51,397 bases of DNA from Girardia tigrina (Eukaryota): the NCBI GenBank assembly GCA_001938485.1, contig MQRK01239985.1, forward strand, positions 1 through 51,397. Direction: 5' to 3'. This document shows, in pieces, positions 50,890-51,397 of the stretch (its first letter is position 1; each line of letters starts with the position of its first letter). A program made the translations under genes and the position numbers. Under the pieces are notes generated by a model. The model was not told where the DNA came from, ran no database searches, and saw only the letters and a list, made by a program, of their open reading frames with translations.

Positions 50890-51397
50890 CAGTGCGTTCA
50901 AAAAGTAACTGTGCACCTGCAATTTCAAAACAAGAACGATATACTGTGTTCTAATTACACGAAAATTACACGCCTCCTGGACATGGCACACCGTACTCCA
51001 ACTTTCAAGGAATGCAGAGGCTTCTCAACAAATTCATGCGGATTTTCACTGGACCAAACTCGAAAATTTTGGCTACTCACATATCTAGACAAATGAAACT
51101 ACGCTTCATCGGAAAAAAAAGTTTTGTCGAGCATGTCATCCTCATTCCGATTTTCATTGAACCAATGACAAAACAGGAGTCGCTTTTCAAAGTCTGTCTT
51201 TCAACTCATGTTGACAAGTAACACGATATGAATATAAGCTTAAAGTTTTCCTCACGGCGGCATGTGCAGCTCCAACGTATACACTCACTTCTTGAGATAA
51301 ACGGCGCATTGACTTTGTTGGACTCTGGCTCATGGCTTTCGAAATAACATTGACTTTTTGCTCCGTTAAAATCGTTGGTCGACCTGAGCGGGAGGCA
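50890..51397 (-). mobile_element. Internally deleted DD41D/rosa-type Tc1/mariner, continuing beyond the window
   Basis: TA + TIR CAGTGCGTTCAAAAAGTAACTGTGCAC; minus-strand PRSGRP..SPTKSMRRLSQE..KRLLFCHWF..FFSDEA*FHLSRYVSSQNFRVWSSENPH..PLHSLKVGVRC. Confidence 0.85.

Noticed and set aside
3174-51221. Most 60-115 aa ORFs in the supplied track as standalone genes
   Set aside because: They are antisense or alternate-frame shadows of TE relics, or low-complexity AT-rich frames without splice or domain support

Overview
Very AT-rich, gene-poor eukaryotic (metazoan) DNA that is mostly decayed transposable elements. The composition and TE mix resemble flatworm/planarian-type genomes, but that is only an inference. 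One convincing host exon is present and is missed by the ORF track: a 300-bp phase-0/0 cadherin-repeat exon (42524-42823, +), so much of the window may be intron of a large cadherin gene. DNA transposons: four DD34D mariners, a DD41D/rosa-type Tc1/mariner, two hAT elements, a Harbinger MITE, two piggyBac MITEs, a MULE and a Chapaev3. Retroelements: three Ty3/gypsy relics (one keeps an in-phase GGGAAAC -1 frameshift site and a predicted pseudoknot), a NeSL/R2-like non-LTR element with apparently tandem Ulp1-protease domains, four Penelope-like remnants with degenerate minimal hammerhead ribozymes, and a 5S rRNA-derived SINE with an 11-bp TSD. There is also a 28S rRNA fragment containing the sarcin-ricin loop. 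I found no intact novel multi-gene system. The best candidates for undescribed biology are the RNA-level elements (5S-SINE, hammerheads, frameshift pseudoknot, 28S fragment), the double-Ulp1 retrotransposon and the modular cadherin exon. All family assignments come from motif recognition by eye, not database searches.
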